NCBI GenBank assembly: GCA_046563655.1
Contig: CM102285.1
Span: forward strand, 9,920,001 to 9,984,000
From: Yuukianura sp. NJ FZ-2021
Lineage: Eukaryota
Direction: 5' to 3'
DNA length: 64,000 nucleotides
Every line of letters begins with the position of its first letter. Position 1 is the stretch's first letter. The translations under genes were made by a program, and so were the position numbers. Under the pieces are notes generated by a model. The model worked only from the letters and a program-made list of their open reading frames with translations. It was not told where the DNA came from and did not search any database. Below are positions 1 to 11,300 of this stretch, piece after piece.

Positions 1-2
1 CG

Positions 3-392
3 CAATCGGTACTGAAAAATCACATGAAGGGAACAATGGGCCGGATCGTAACTGGATTTAAGCAGCGAGCAGCCGATGCTGGTTACATCACCGCCGTTCC
101 CGAAGATGACGAATGCAATGTCGCAAATGCTAGGAAGAAGGGTGTTTGCAAAGCGCTTCAACCGCTGTTCGACAAATCTCCATTTGCTTTTAACGAGTGC
201 ATCTTCCCCGACCCTACTCAAGAGCCACACCCATATTGTCGTCCGATTCAATGGAGCCCACAGCGTAGAAGCCTTGGACCATCTTTCATTTGTGATGCGC
301 CTCAACGTGTGTCAGAACAGCAACACCACTTTCTGCCTCCGTTGACACAACCGAGACGTTGTATTCGACCTGCCAATTTCACTGACGAATAA
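3..392 (+). CDS. Probable last coding exon of an unidentified gene running in from the left edge
   Basis: The frame is open from base 3 to TAA at 390-392, is GC-richer than its flank, and is followed by AT-rich UTR-like sequence. No motif was recognised. A minus-strand frame is also open to the window edge, so the strand is uncertain. Confidence 0.35.
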   Translation, partial: QSVLKNHMKGTMGRIVTGFKQRAADAGYITAVPEDDECNVANARKKGVCKALQPLFDKSPFAFNECIFPDPTQEPHPYCRPIQWSPQRRSLGPSFICDAPQRVSEQQHHFLPPLTQPRRCIRPANFTDE

Positions 393-824
393 TGGACAAC
401 TATACAACAATAATAATCAATACACACCATATACACATATGTATATTTAAAAATGTCGAAAGTGCGAATTTGGTTTCACAACAATCAATAATCTCCGAGT
501 TTCACAAGCTAAGTTATACGAAAATATTGTACAATTTTGGAAAAATAGTAAACAATCGAGAAAAAATAACAGAATTGGAGTTTTTTTTTGGGTGAAACTA
601 ACTTTCACCAAAAATATGGGTAAAATTAAAAATTCTGTTTTTCTTGAACTTTAAAATACAAGGGATCACGCACAAGTATGGACCCACCCCTTTCCTAACG
701 ATCAAGCTTTTCTCTGTGTGCCATTATTGTCTGCTAAGAACTTGGTTTGGTGTATGTCTAGTTCCTTTTAACGGATATTTTTCAAAAAATTTTAGAATAA
801 GTTAAGTTTCAATTGTTAATTAAG

Positions 825-2218
825 ATGGGAAAAAAGAAGGGAAAGTCAGGCGGAAAGAAAGGGAGGAAAGTCGTTGATGGGATTTCAACGGCGGAGATGT
901 CACGCGAACAACTGCTGGGTCATATCAAGCGTCTCCAGGTATTCAACATAGCAAGTATTGTACTACTTTTAAAAACTTATTGAAAATTATGCTAAAATTA
1001 CTGCCAATTTTATTTAAAACTAGAGTGAAATTGATCGCGAACGTGAGGAACGGAATTTCTTTATGCTTGAAAGAGAAAAACTATTTTCCTTATGGAGCTT
1101 GGCACTGGAGAAAATCAACGAAGAAAAAGACAAAGCCCGGCTAAGAGAGATACATCTCGACGATGTAAAAAATTGTTAATTTGCCTATTCAAAGTAATTA
1201 ACCATCTTGATTTAACTCAATATTAGTTATTTACCATAGGTTCGTGAAAGTAAAGAGGAAGACATGAAGTTGCAGAAACAGAAGGTTCGGTATCTTATGT
1301 CTGAGCAATTGAAGAAACTGGGTGAAACGCGTCTTGATTACTTGTACCGAATAAGAGATCATCAAATTGAATTCGGAAAAGTAGAGGCCACTTTAAGAGA
1401 GAAAGTACAAGAGGTCAAAAGTGAAGCCAGTACAACAAGAGCATGTCTTTTCCAAACAGTTCGAGACTTACAGATTCAAAAAATACAAGACGTCTCAATT
1501 GTCCGAAGAGACTATGCATCAGAAATCCGTCGATTGGAAGTTGAATCTGACTTGAGAGTGGTCAAATGTCGAGACAGATTTGAGCTCGAGTCGAAACAAG
1601 ATCTGATTCAGCTCCAAATTATCAAGGACGAACAAATTCATCAGTTGATCCAAGTTCATGCAGAACAGTTGAATCAGTTGAAAGACTACTACAATGACAT
1701 CATAACTAACAACTTAGCACTGATTACTACGCTTCGGGATGAACTTGCAGAAAGTAAATCAAGAGAGGCAAAGGTTAGTTCTGAATTGGAACGTTGTAAG
1801 GTCAACAAGCAACAATTTAAAGAGAAAGTTCAGCAATTGGAACTCAAGATGGTAGAATGGACAGAAGAAGAAAAGAAAACGGCTTCTAGAATTACCCAGG
1901 TCCAAAGAATGGACAAGAAAGTGAGACATCTAAACGTTTCCTGCTGATCTGTTTCAAAAATTTTGAAAAAAGAAAATTGGCTAATCTTTGTTTCAGGTTA
2001 ATCAAATGAACAAGGAATTGAAAAAGTTGGAGACAGTAAATGAGGCACTGTTTCAAAAAACTTTGGAAGAGGAGAAGGAGAAAGCTTTCTTGAAAAAATT
2101 TCTCGCAAAATCTTTGATGGAAAGTCAACGAAAGTCAGCAATGAGTCAAATTCTTCAGAAAGCATATCAGAAAAGTCAAAATACGATTGGCCCAAGGCGT
2201 ACCAGCTCCTTATTCTAA
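825..2218 (+). CDS. GAS8: Growth arrest-specific protein 8 / dynein regulatory complex subunit 4 (DRC4), divergent, ~385 aa
   Basis: Exons 825-938, 1024-1164, 1240-1920 and 1997-2218, all GT-AG phase 0. The N-terminus MGKKKGK...VVDGISTAEMSREQL...EIDREREERNFFMLEREK and the motif LKDYYNDIITNNLALITTL are GAS8 hallmarks. Coiled-coil composition. Confidence 0.9.
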
Positions 2219-2581
2219 AAAGAAATTTTCTAAAATAGGTATTCTTAAAAAAATGAAGTACTTCTCAAAACAAATGTAAAAAAACACTGTGTGCTCCTCC
2301 TGTCGAAGTGGAAGCACAAAACTTTCTCCTGCTTTCACTTTCGATGAATTTTGTTCCGAAGGATGGCACTCCAGGGTTCAGCTTTTTCAAATCTGAAAAA
2401 AATCAAAGATTCTGAATTCGAAATTTCATGGAAACTGAAAAGGATTGAATTGATGCCGCGTTCGATTTCAAAATCATTACATAAATAAACGAATGTAAAT
2501 GTAGAGGCTGGAGTGAAATAGTACTACTAAACCTCTGAGGATTTTTTTATGTATCGTACGATAACGTTCTTTTGAAGCGAA

Positions 2582-3115
2582 ATGGCGGACGTTAGTGCTG
2601 ATGTTGCAGTTAATGTTGCTGTCGTCGCAGTTCCTGTTGACGAAAATCAGCCAAAACGCTTAAGCGCTTCTACCCGAACGACTGGGCCACAGGAAGAAAG
2701 AAAAGTCAACGTTCCTACGTACCCACTGATTCGTGTAAGACTTTTAGCCAAAAGTTAAAGCAAAATGACCTTTGACATGAGTTCAATTTTGATTCCTCAG
2801 TATGTGGACTTGCCTGAAGCGAACAAACAAGACATTGTGGATTTCGTTGGAGAATTAATAGAACGTTATGGAAAAGATCCAGAAGTGAGTCGCTGTTAAA
2901 AATTGACATTTACAATTAAAAGTTCAAAAAAATTCAAAATCTATGCTATTTAGGAAGCGGCCAAAACAATCAAGGAAAAAATGGACAAAAATTATAACCC
3001 CAATTGGCATGTGATTGTTGGTGAAAATTTTGCTTTTGACGTAAGCTACGAACCGTCTAACCTGCTCTACATTTTCCACGGTTACTTGGCCACGGTCATA
3101 TGGAAAAGCGACTGA
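2582..3115 (+). CDS. DNAL4: Dynein axonemal light chain 4 (LC8 family, DNAL4/LC10-like), 132 aa
   Basis: Not in the ORF track. Exons 2582-2734, 2801-2884 and 2954-3115 give ...TYPLIR/YVDLPE.../EAAKTIKEKMDKNYNPNWHVIVGENFAFDVSYEPSNLLYIFHGYLATVIWKSD*. This matches the DNAL4 pattern (TFPLVR...AAKMIKETMDK..WHVVIGEGF..NLLY..WK). AATAAA near 3158. Confidence 0.88.
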
Positions 3116-3538
3116 ACTTGGCCCTGCATTGGATCAAAATTTTGAAAAACTTGGCCAAATAAAACAAACAAGAAGCAATTTAATGATATTTTTAATCAAG
3201 TTTGATTCACGTGACAGATTATTTTTCGTAAGGCAGAATACATGGCCTTATGTCCAGAGCCGAGAAGATTCCAAAGTGGGTGCTTCGTAAACAGTTTATT
3301 ATACTTAGCAGTAGTTTACTCAAAGTAGGCAATTAATCCCATCCGTTTCATAGCCAGTGATTCAACTAATTTCTTAACGTTCATGTTCCGTCTAATTTTA
3401 GTAAGTGTGAATTTTGGAACTTAGGATTTTAGGGCAAGCAGATTATTGTTAGGACTCGCAGACTTGAGATCCATGGTGGAAGACGCATTGTTGTGGAAAT
3501 GTTGTCTGTTGCGATTGCGTACTTGTTAAATATTAATC

Positions 3539-4978
3539 TCAGTCTTCAATTTGAATTCGGGGAGCTCGAAGCGTTTTGCCTTGTCCAACGAAGGCTTGGA
3601 ACGTTGAGGCAGCGTTGGTATGTTCTTTTTGTTGAGCAAAATAGGAAAGGTCTCTGACAAAGCTCAGAGTCCCGGGTTCGTAGTCAAAGTCAGGAACCCC
3701 ACGACTCAAAGTTGTCACCTTACGCACTTCCTGTTCTCCGAAATTTGTCTCCTTGCCATCCAATCTGAAATGGGCACAATAGTAGAACAGGCCGATAAGA
3801 AGGGACAAAATAATACATCAAAGCAACAGAAGAGAAGAATTACTTACCGTTGCCCTGCTCCGCTGAAGGCTCCGCCAATGTTGTTATCCGGAATTGGCGC
3901 GTAACTGCATGACATTGGTTCAGTCTCTTCCTTTGGCGTTGCGACCGGCTCAACGTATCCGACAGGCGGAGCAAAGTCAACCTGAGGTACAAGCGATCAA
4001 ACGATTATAGTCAGAAGAACTGTCACAAAAAAGCATGCTGATAAGAAGTAAGAAAGTGATCTTACGTCCATATCACATTCGATACAGCATACGGCTGGCC
4101 CTGGCTTTGTTTCCAAAACTTTAAGGTCATAGACTTTGTCGTTATAACGAATTGCAATCGTATCGCCAGTTGTAAGACACGCATAGTGTCGTAAAGCGTT
4201 TTCAAGCATGGCCTTTGGATTGGAAATATCCAAAAACTCCACGGATTGCGGTTGAAATTTTGAGTAGCTGGCAATCGGAAGAGACACACTTTCGATTTGT
4301 ATTTGATCTCCTTCTCCGAACAGTAAGTTTTGCATCATCTAAAGTAAATTGTTACATGATTGATTACGAAAAATCCTGTTAGTATTAAATAAATTTTTAC
4401 TAACCCAATATGGAAGGTAGCACATCCCTTCCTCGGCAACAAACTCAAGTACCCCGCAGTGACTGCTGCGCCCAAGAGAAGCGTTCGTGATTTTGAAGAG
4501 CATTGGGTAAACCGTGTTGAGCTGTGTCAAAGTCTCCAGGCAAGATGGCGGTAGAATAACTGCACACAAATAATTCACATGATTGGTTTACATGCACCTT
4601 TGAAATATTAAAGCTAGAAATCTTACTTTTTCCTCCGCTCTCAACGTTTTGTTTATCGTTTCCAGGCATCATAGCCGCCGAGTACGCTCGAAGATTAACG
4701 TTGAAGTGCCGAGAGGCCATATTTGACAGTCCAAAATAGTTGACAAAGTTCAAGGGTCGTGCATTGACAACGGATCTTGCTACACGCTGTCGATCTCGGC
4801 TTCGGTGCTGTATGGAAGTATCATCATTAAAAACAAAATGACTGGGTACGGTAACTGTAGATGACAGGGCCGACAGGGCAGCAGCCAAGAAACTGTCCGA
4901 ACTAGCAACATCTTCTACTTCATTTTCCGGATGATCGTCGCCCGCGGCATCGTCATTTCCAGGATTCGGGTTAGCCAT
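3539..4978 (-). CDS. UFD1: Ubiquitin recognition factor in ER-associated degradation 1 (p97 cofactor), ~379 aa
   Basis: Exons 4978-4627, 4559-4405, 4338-4066, 3981-3848 and 3764-3539. Motifs: [58 protein letters not shown] and two SHP boxes ([18 protein letters not shown]). The true start codon is uncertain. Confidence 0.95.
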
Positions 4979-7900
4979 TTCTAACTCAAAAATGTGTTTG
5001 ATTGTGGCTTGTCAACTGTTTTCTCGTCTAGTATTCCGAATTCGATCGGACTACCTATGAAGTGCAATACCCCAGGCGTCGTATTCAAACGTTCTCGCAG
5101 TCGCTTTACAGGCAGATGTCGTCGTGGCAAGCGAACTCTAGAACCAAGCGGTCTCTGTGTGCTGCGCCCGCCCTCGGAATTTTGTTCAAGCTGCGAATTC
5201 CTCACCCAAATAACTTACTCCTAAATAACTCCCTAGCTAGCAGTGAATGGAACAAACATTTGATTTAAGGATCGAGAACGGTTCGTTACCATAGCAACAG
5301 CAACAGCGTAGCAATGAACGTCAAGGCAAGGAGTTGGCTAGAGGTGAGGCCGAGGTCCAGTTATTTCAGAAATCGAAATCGATTGCCTCCTGTAATGAAA
5401 AAGTATGAAGATGTAGTTTTAATAACCGTGTTCCCGTGTATTATTTTTGTTCAGTGTCGCTTTTAGTCTTTTTTTTTTGTGAGTCCAAAAATCGTTTTAC
5501 CCCGAAAGCTAAGTGTGTAGATTTTTGGAGAATTGTCTTGACGTGACGAGATCCTGAATTATACTAAATTACCAATATTGAAACTGAAACTGAAGTAGGA
5601 CCGTCACGAAATTCCCTTCACGAAATTCCAAATCTAAATAGGTACTGAATTAATCACAATTTAACGATTTTAGTCGAAACACCGTTGTGTGTGATGATGA
5701 ATGAATGCGTTGGACAAGCAGAATCAGCTCAGAAGAGAAGAGCTCAGCTTTTCTTTTTAGCACTTTGTTTTACCCAAATCCAAAATCTACGTGTTTTAAA
5801 AGTATGGGTTGAAGTAAGGATTAATTATCGTAACTGTGTCCTGTCCGGAAACTTTGTGTGGCTACAACACAACAGGCGTAGGCGAACAGCCCTAGTGACA
5901 ACATTTGTAGCCCAAACGCAACCTACTATAGCGGCAACATGAGTAACCGCACAGTGAAGCCACCAATTGTAGTCACAAAATGGCTACACCATGTGGCTAC
6001 AATGACTATCGGTAAAACTTACCCCAACTAATAATTGCACTCTCAGCCTGAGATTTCCGGCTTTATAGTTTCAAATTATATAAAGTAGTAGACACTTGAG
6101 ACATGACAGAAATTTAGTTCAAACAATAACTTGTGCTGAATTTTGAGCTTGTAAAAAAAGTGAAAGCACTCCTAAAAGTGAAAGACGCGAAAATTGATGT
6201 TAATTCTCCAAATGTTAGTTACTGATCCGATTTACTAAAAGAATAGTAAGTCAAAATTAAAAGTGAATTAAAAAAAGAAGCATCTTGGTTAAAAAAAGTT
6301 TGTAAGTTAATAAAAATGAATTTTACGGCTAATTGTTTCATCAGAAGCGTATTTCTTACAGATTTTTATAAAACTTTCACTAAAACATGAAATTTCATTA
6401 GAAGAGTTACACCTGTCGCTGTCATTTGGGAAAAATATTGACGAATATGGAATAGAGAGAACAAAATGCTGTTTAATGCACTTTGTAAAATGTTTACAAC
6501 GCCTAAACAAAGATGTTATTTGAATGGCCAAACACAATTTCCTGCCAAATCCTTGCTACAATAAAAAGGTTGAGTTTCTTTTTCAGAAAAGTTTAATTTT
6601 GTTCTAAACACTGGATTGAAAAAAATTTGGGGGCGCATGTTCTCACGTTCAAGAACCCACAGTAGGATCAGGATGCACGAGGCCACAGATGGAACGCGGG
6701 AGGGAGAAAGCTGGAAGAAGCAGTAAAAGTGGGGCGAACGGTGAGCAGTCAAGTGAAGATTGCATTACCACCAAACAGTCTCCACCAATTCGTCACTGAA
6801 CGCCAACGGAATCAGACGTGAACCCTTGACACGCTTCAAAAACATATACAAATTCCAAAGTTAGTTACAGCGGTAAAGCTACTTCAAATTCCAAAGCGTA
6901 CTTTTGGTTACTAAAAGTCTTATGAATCCCCTTTCCATAAAAGTTTGAAAGTTCAAAAGTGAGAGTCACATTCGAGCTTAACAATGAGTGAAAGCTAAGC
7001 TTTTGACACTTTGTGCCAAAGTTTTTACCACAATATTCGAGGAACAGAACTGTGCTGCTTTTAAATTAGGCAAGAACTGACAATTGAGTTATTCTTTTAA
7101 TGTTAGTAGGTCAATTCCAAGTGGGTTAATTACTTGAGTTCTAAATTGGAAAATTACAACAGTTCGGATTTATTTGTTCAAGCACCAAAACCAACAAACA
7201 TTTGACTTTCACCACAACCTTTTGTTCCTGTGTTTTCATTGTAAGCCAACAAGGTAAATAGTAATCAACTTCTCGTTTGATAATTAGCATGGCTCTGAAT
7301 TTAAATTTAAATCGTTAATCATAAAGGTACAAATACTAATAACTTTTACTCTTTCCAACGAATTATCGGAAATTTTTCTCACGTGAAAAGCAAATTAAAC
7401 AGTTGCTGCTTGTTTTACGAAAGATAAAAAATTGTGAACTAAACCTTGGACTTTTTAATTCATATCTTAAAACGGAAATACAAAAAGAAAAACAGCAGGA
7501 GTTTTCAAGTTTTCTCCAATGAATTGTTTTTGGAGACCTTGAATGAGTCATTGCAAAGCGAAGCAAAGGAATTCACAATGTAGACCTTTTTATTGCATTT
7601 TTCTGCAAATTACATATTTCACGCAGGCTTCAATACTTTCGTCCTAATAAAAATAAAATTAAAACTGTTTTATTGAATTTTTGTAAACAAAAAGGCAATA
7701 CCTTTCTCTTCTTTTTAAATTCTTCAACTCTACCTTTCAGTTTCGCCAAAATTTTGCACTCTTACTATTCAAGCATTTTTCGCAGCCCCTTTTTCAAAGT
7801 AAACGGGAAAGTGGAAACTACTTACAAACTCGCTATTGTGTCAAATAAATTGTATGAACTGAATCGTGTCAACTGGAAAACTGCTGGAATTGCATCAACG

Positions 7901-8355
7901 CCCAAAAATATCAGCGCCTATTTTTGTCGACGACCCTAACCAATCATAACCTAAGCTCATGCACATTTTACACAGGTTGACACAATTGACCGGTTGAAGC
8001 AATTTTAGTAGACACAATTCTAGTTGATACAATTCAATTAACACTATTACAAGGGTAATGTTGAAATTCAAAAATAAATTTTCACTACATACCAACCCTG
8101 GGCGCCTCATAGCTCAAAGCATATTTATTGCCTTCATTGTTTCCATTTTAGACAGTTGCTAACATTTTATTAAACGCTAAAATTAGGGTTTCGAAATGTG
8201 GGTGCTGACGCTAATTAAACCAAAATATCACAAATCTAAAAATATGTTGGAAATTAACCAGAGTTAATAGGTTAATTATAATTAACCAAACATGTTTTGA
8301 AATTAGTCGTCACATGTTGTGTCATCTGTTTCAGGTAGACTTCTGGAGGCCCGAC

Positions 8356-11300
8356 ATGGACACAATTCTCATTGAATCCGGAGGGGATGAAAACATTACA
8401 GACGAAATTAAGTTTGTAATTGACGCCTACCAAAATAACCTTTTCATCTATGACCAACCACTCAACGCCATTTTAATTGCCACCTACGTCCCTTTGTTCC
8501 TCATAGCACTCACGAGCAACATCCTCATCATCATGGTCGTCGGACGCTACAGATGCTTACGAAGGTAAGGTTACGTTAGGTCACCAACCTAACAACCACA
8601 GCTTTACAGGTCACCGACACGCTATTTCAACTTTTCATTGTGCTTCATTTGTTTGAACAAGGACTTCTTTTGAACAGCAAATAAGCGAAAAGTGAATTGA
8701 ACAAAGTCTTTGTGTTTTTGGTTTTCATGTTTTTTTAACATTCAGTTCTCACGAGGACAGTTGAACGTTTTCGGCAAGACGCTCAAACAAACGTAGAACA
8801 TTTTCGAAACAAAAATCGATCGCGGTCGCATAGGCTTTTGATCTCGCTTCATTAATTTTAACGTCCTTTATAGCTTGTGGCGAAGCAAGTCTCATAACTC
8901 AGTCATGCACCAAATCTTTACGTCTACAGACTCAAATCAGGAGGAAAATGGAAAAAGTTCAACGCTTCTTTTTTCGGAAGAACGAAGAACAAAGTGATAA
9001 AAGAAAAAAGAAAGTTTCTACAAAGAAAGTAGATTTTTGGAGAGAAAAAAAAAGGATGAAATTGTAAGGTCTGTTCAGCAATAGGAAGCTCTCTGTCTGA
9101 CCTAATCAAAGATAACAATGGCTTTCCATCACTTGATTGATACCTGGCTATTCGCCGCTTGTCAGTAGTCCAATCACTTTCACTTCTCTTTCGTACTTTC
9201 TCTTACGAATTAACGGAACTCCCATTTCCAAAAATCGACAAATCCATTACTTAATCTCATCCTGACCTTTGTCTATTTTTTGCCCGTGGCTGACCTTTCC
9301 CTCTCTTTACTGGCTAAGGAACCTGAAACAAATTGGTCTCGTTCTATTCAAAATTGATGTGCAACCGCAAACCCATAGTTACACAAAGTTAGTTACATAA
9401 AGTTGGTTACATAAAGTTAGGTCATTCGCAGATTTTCCTGCTAAAAATTTTTTTCCCTGGCAAATTGCCTGATGAGCCCTGTCAGATTACATCACCTTCC
9501 AAAAAACGATCTTGATCTTCAATTTCGAAGTTAATTTTGTGTAACCAAACGTGTAAACCTTTTCTACCTTCTACAAATTGGATTCAATTCCATTTTATCT
9601 CCAATATTTCACGTGTGAAAGGTCATGAAACAAGATTCAGTCGTTCATAAAAACACTTGAAAGAAAGTTGTGATGCGTGATGAGAATAAAAATACTATAA
9701 AGCAAGAATGGAAAATGAAATTCCAAGACCAAACGTCACACATTGGGTTGACGCTTGGCTCTTAAGTTTGTAGTGGTGAAAGTGCTGCCGAATGCTTTCT
9801 TCAGTTGTTATTGCTCTCTTAGTTTATTATTATACCTGCTGCAGTCTGTTGCTTCTGCAGCATAAATCGGATGAATGGAGAAACAGAGTCAAAATCTCTG
9901 TATAATAAATTGGCTCATAATAGAGTCACTAACAGGGGAGTGCTTTTAACTTCGCTTTCACTTCAAAGGTCATCGTGTTCTACTAATAAACTAGAAAGTT
10001 AGGAGCGGCTCTAGGATGCTAAATCTTATTTGAGTTCAGCAGGGTAGGGTAAAAGTAATGCCACAATTCAATTAAAGGGGATGATGACGAGGATGAAGTG
10101 CGACAGAGATGACGACTTTCCAGATTGTTGATTTCTAGTGAAAGGAGAAAGTAGTCCTGAAATTAAAATTTGAAGTCTTTTAATGTAATGAAATGTTTGC
10201 TTGATTTTTTTAGTGTAACAAATTACTTCCTGGTGAACCTGGCAATTGCCGATCTTCTCGTGACCATCATCTGTATGCCGGTGGCCGTAGGGCAAGCAGT
10301 ACATTCACTCTGGCTCTACGGCAGCGTCATGTGTCGCCTCACCCACTACCTCCAAGGTAATAAACAGGAAATCCACATCCTCCAATAAATCCTCTGTCAG
10401 TCCGTCAATAAACCGAAATTTTAGTGAAAGTGGAGGTGGTGACCCCCAAGGTTTGATCTTTAACCTCCTCGAACTGCCGAACCCTGTTTTATTACATAAA
10501 CCATTAATTATAAAAGTTTTTGATGGATTTTGGTGTGACAAAGTTTAGGGTTTAAAGTTGATCTTTCCTATTACTGCTGTCTTGTTCAGTATGCTTCTGA
10601 GGATTGAGGATGCTCCAACAAAGTTTGGGCGTAAGCTTATTCTGCTGCTGGATATCCAGTGATTCCCACCACACCCACGTCAATTCACTTCCAGGACGAT
10701 TAATGATTAGTGAAACCTAATACTTCAACTGTAACCTGCGAATAACCAAATCCATAACCCTAGTGTAGGCTGATCTCAAAGATAAGCGAGAGTTACGAAA
10801 AAAAGATTAATTAGCAAAAGTGAAAGTTCAATTTTACTTTCACCGAGAATTTCTCTTGAAGAATAATCTGCTCCAGAAAGTAAAGTCCTTATCAAATAAA
10901 AGTTTCAAATTTTCGTCAATTCGTCTTGCTCAAGTGGAGTAAAATTTTTCGACCTAAAAAACTTTCGCGAGTTTTCTTTTTTCTAAATCATGTTAGATTA
11001 AACCTAACTGAACGCGGTAAAACAGAATTTTTTTTTCTTATTTTTTTTATTTACTGTGATAATTCAATGAGGCTTTTAGTTAAAAGAAGGCTTAGTATAA
11101 CACTAGTTTCTTTTGTTTTTGGAAATCCTTCAGGGAAAGGTGCTTGAGGAGAGTAAACAAGTTGAAAAGATGCATCCTCTCCTGTGATATTTTCGGATTC
11201 GAGTGAAGTTTCACTGTTGAGTAATCTTCTGAAATAAGAAAAGTACTATGGATCCAAAAATAAATTGAAAATAAACAGGTGAAGGGTATCCCACGTTTTT

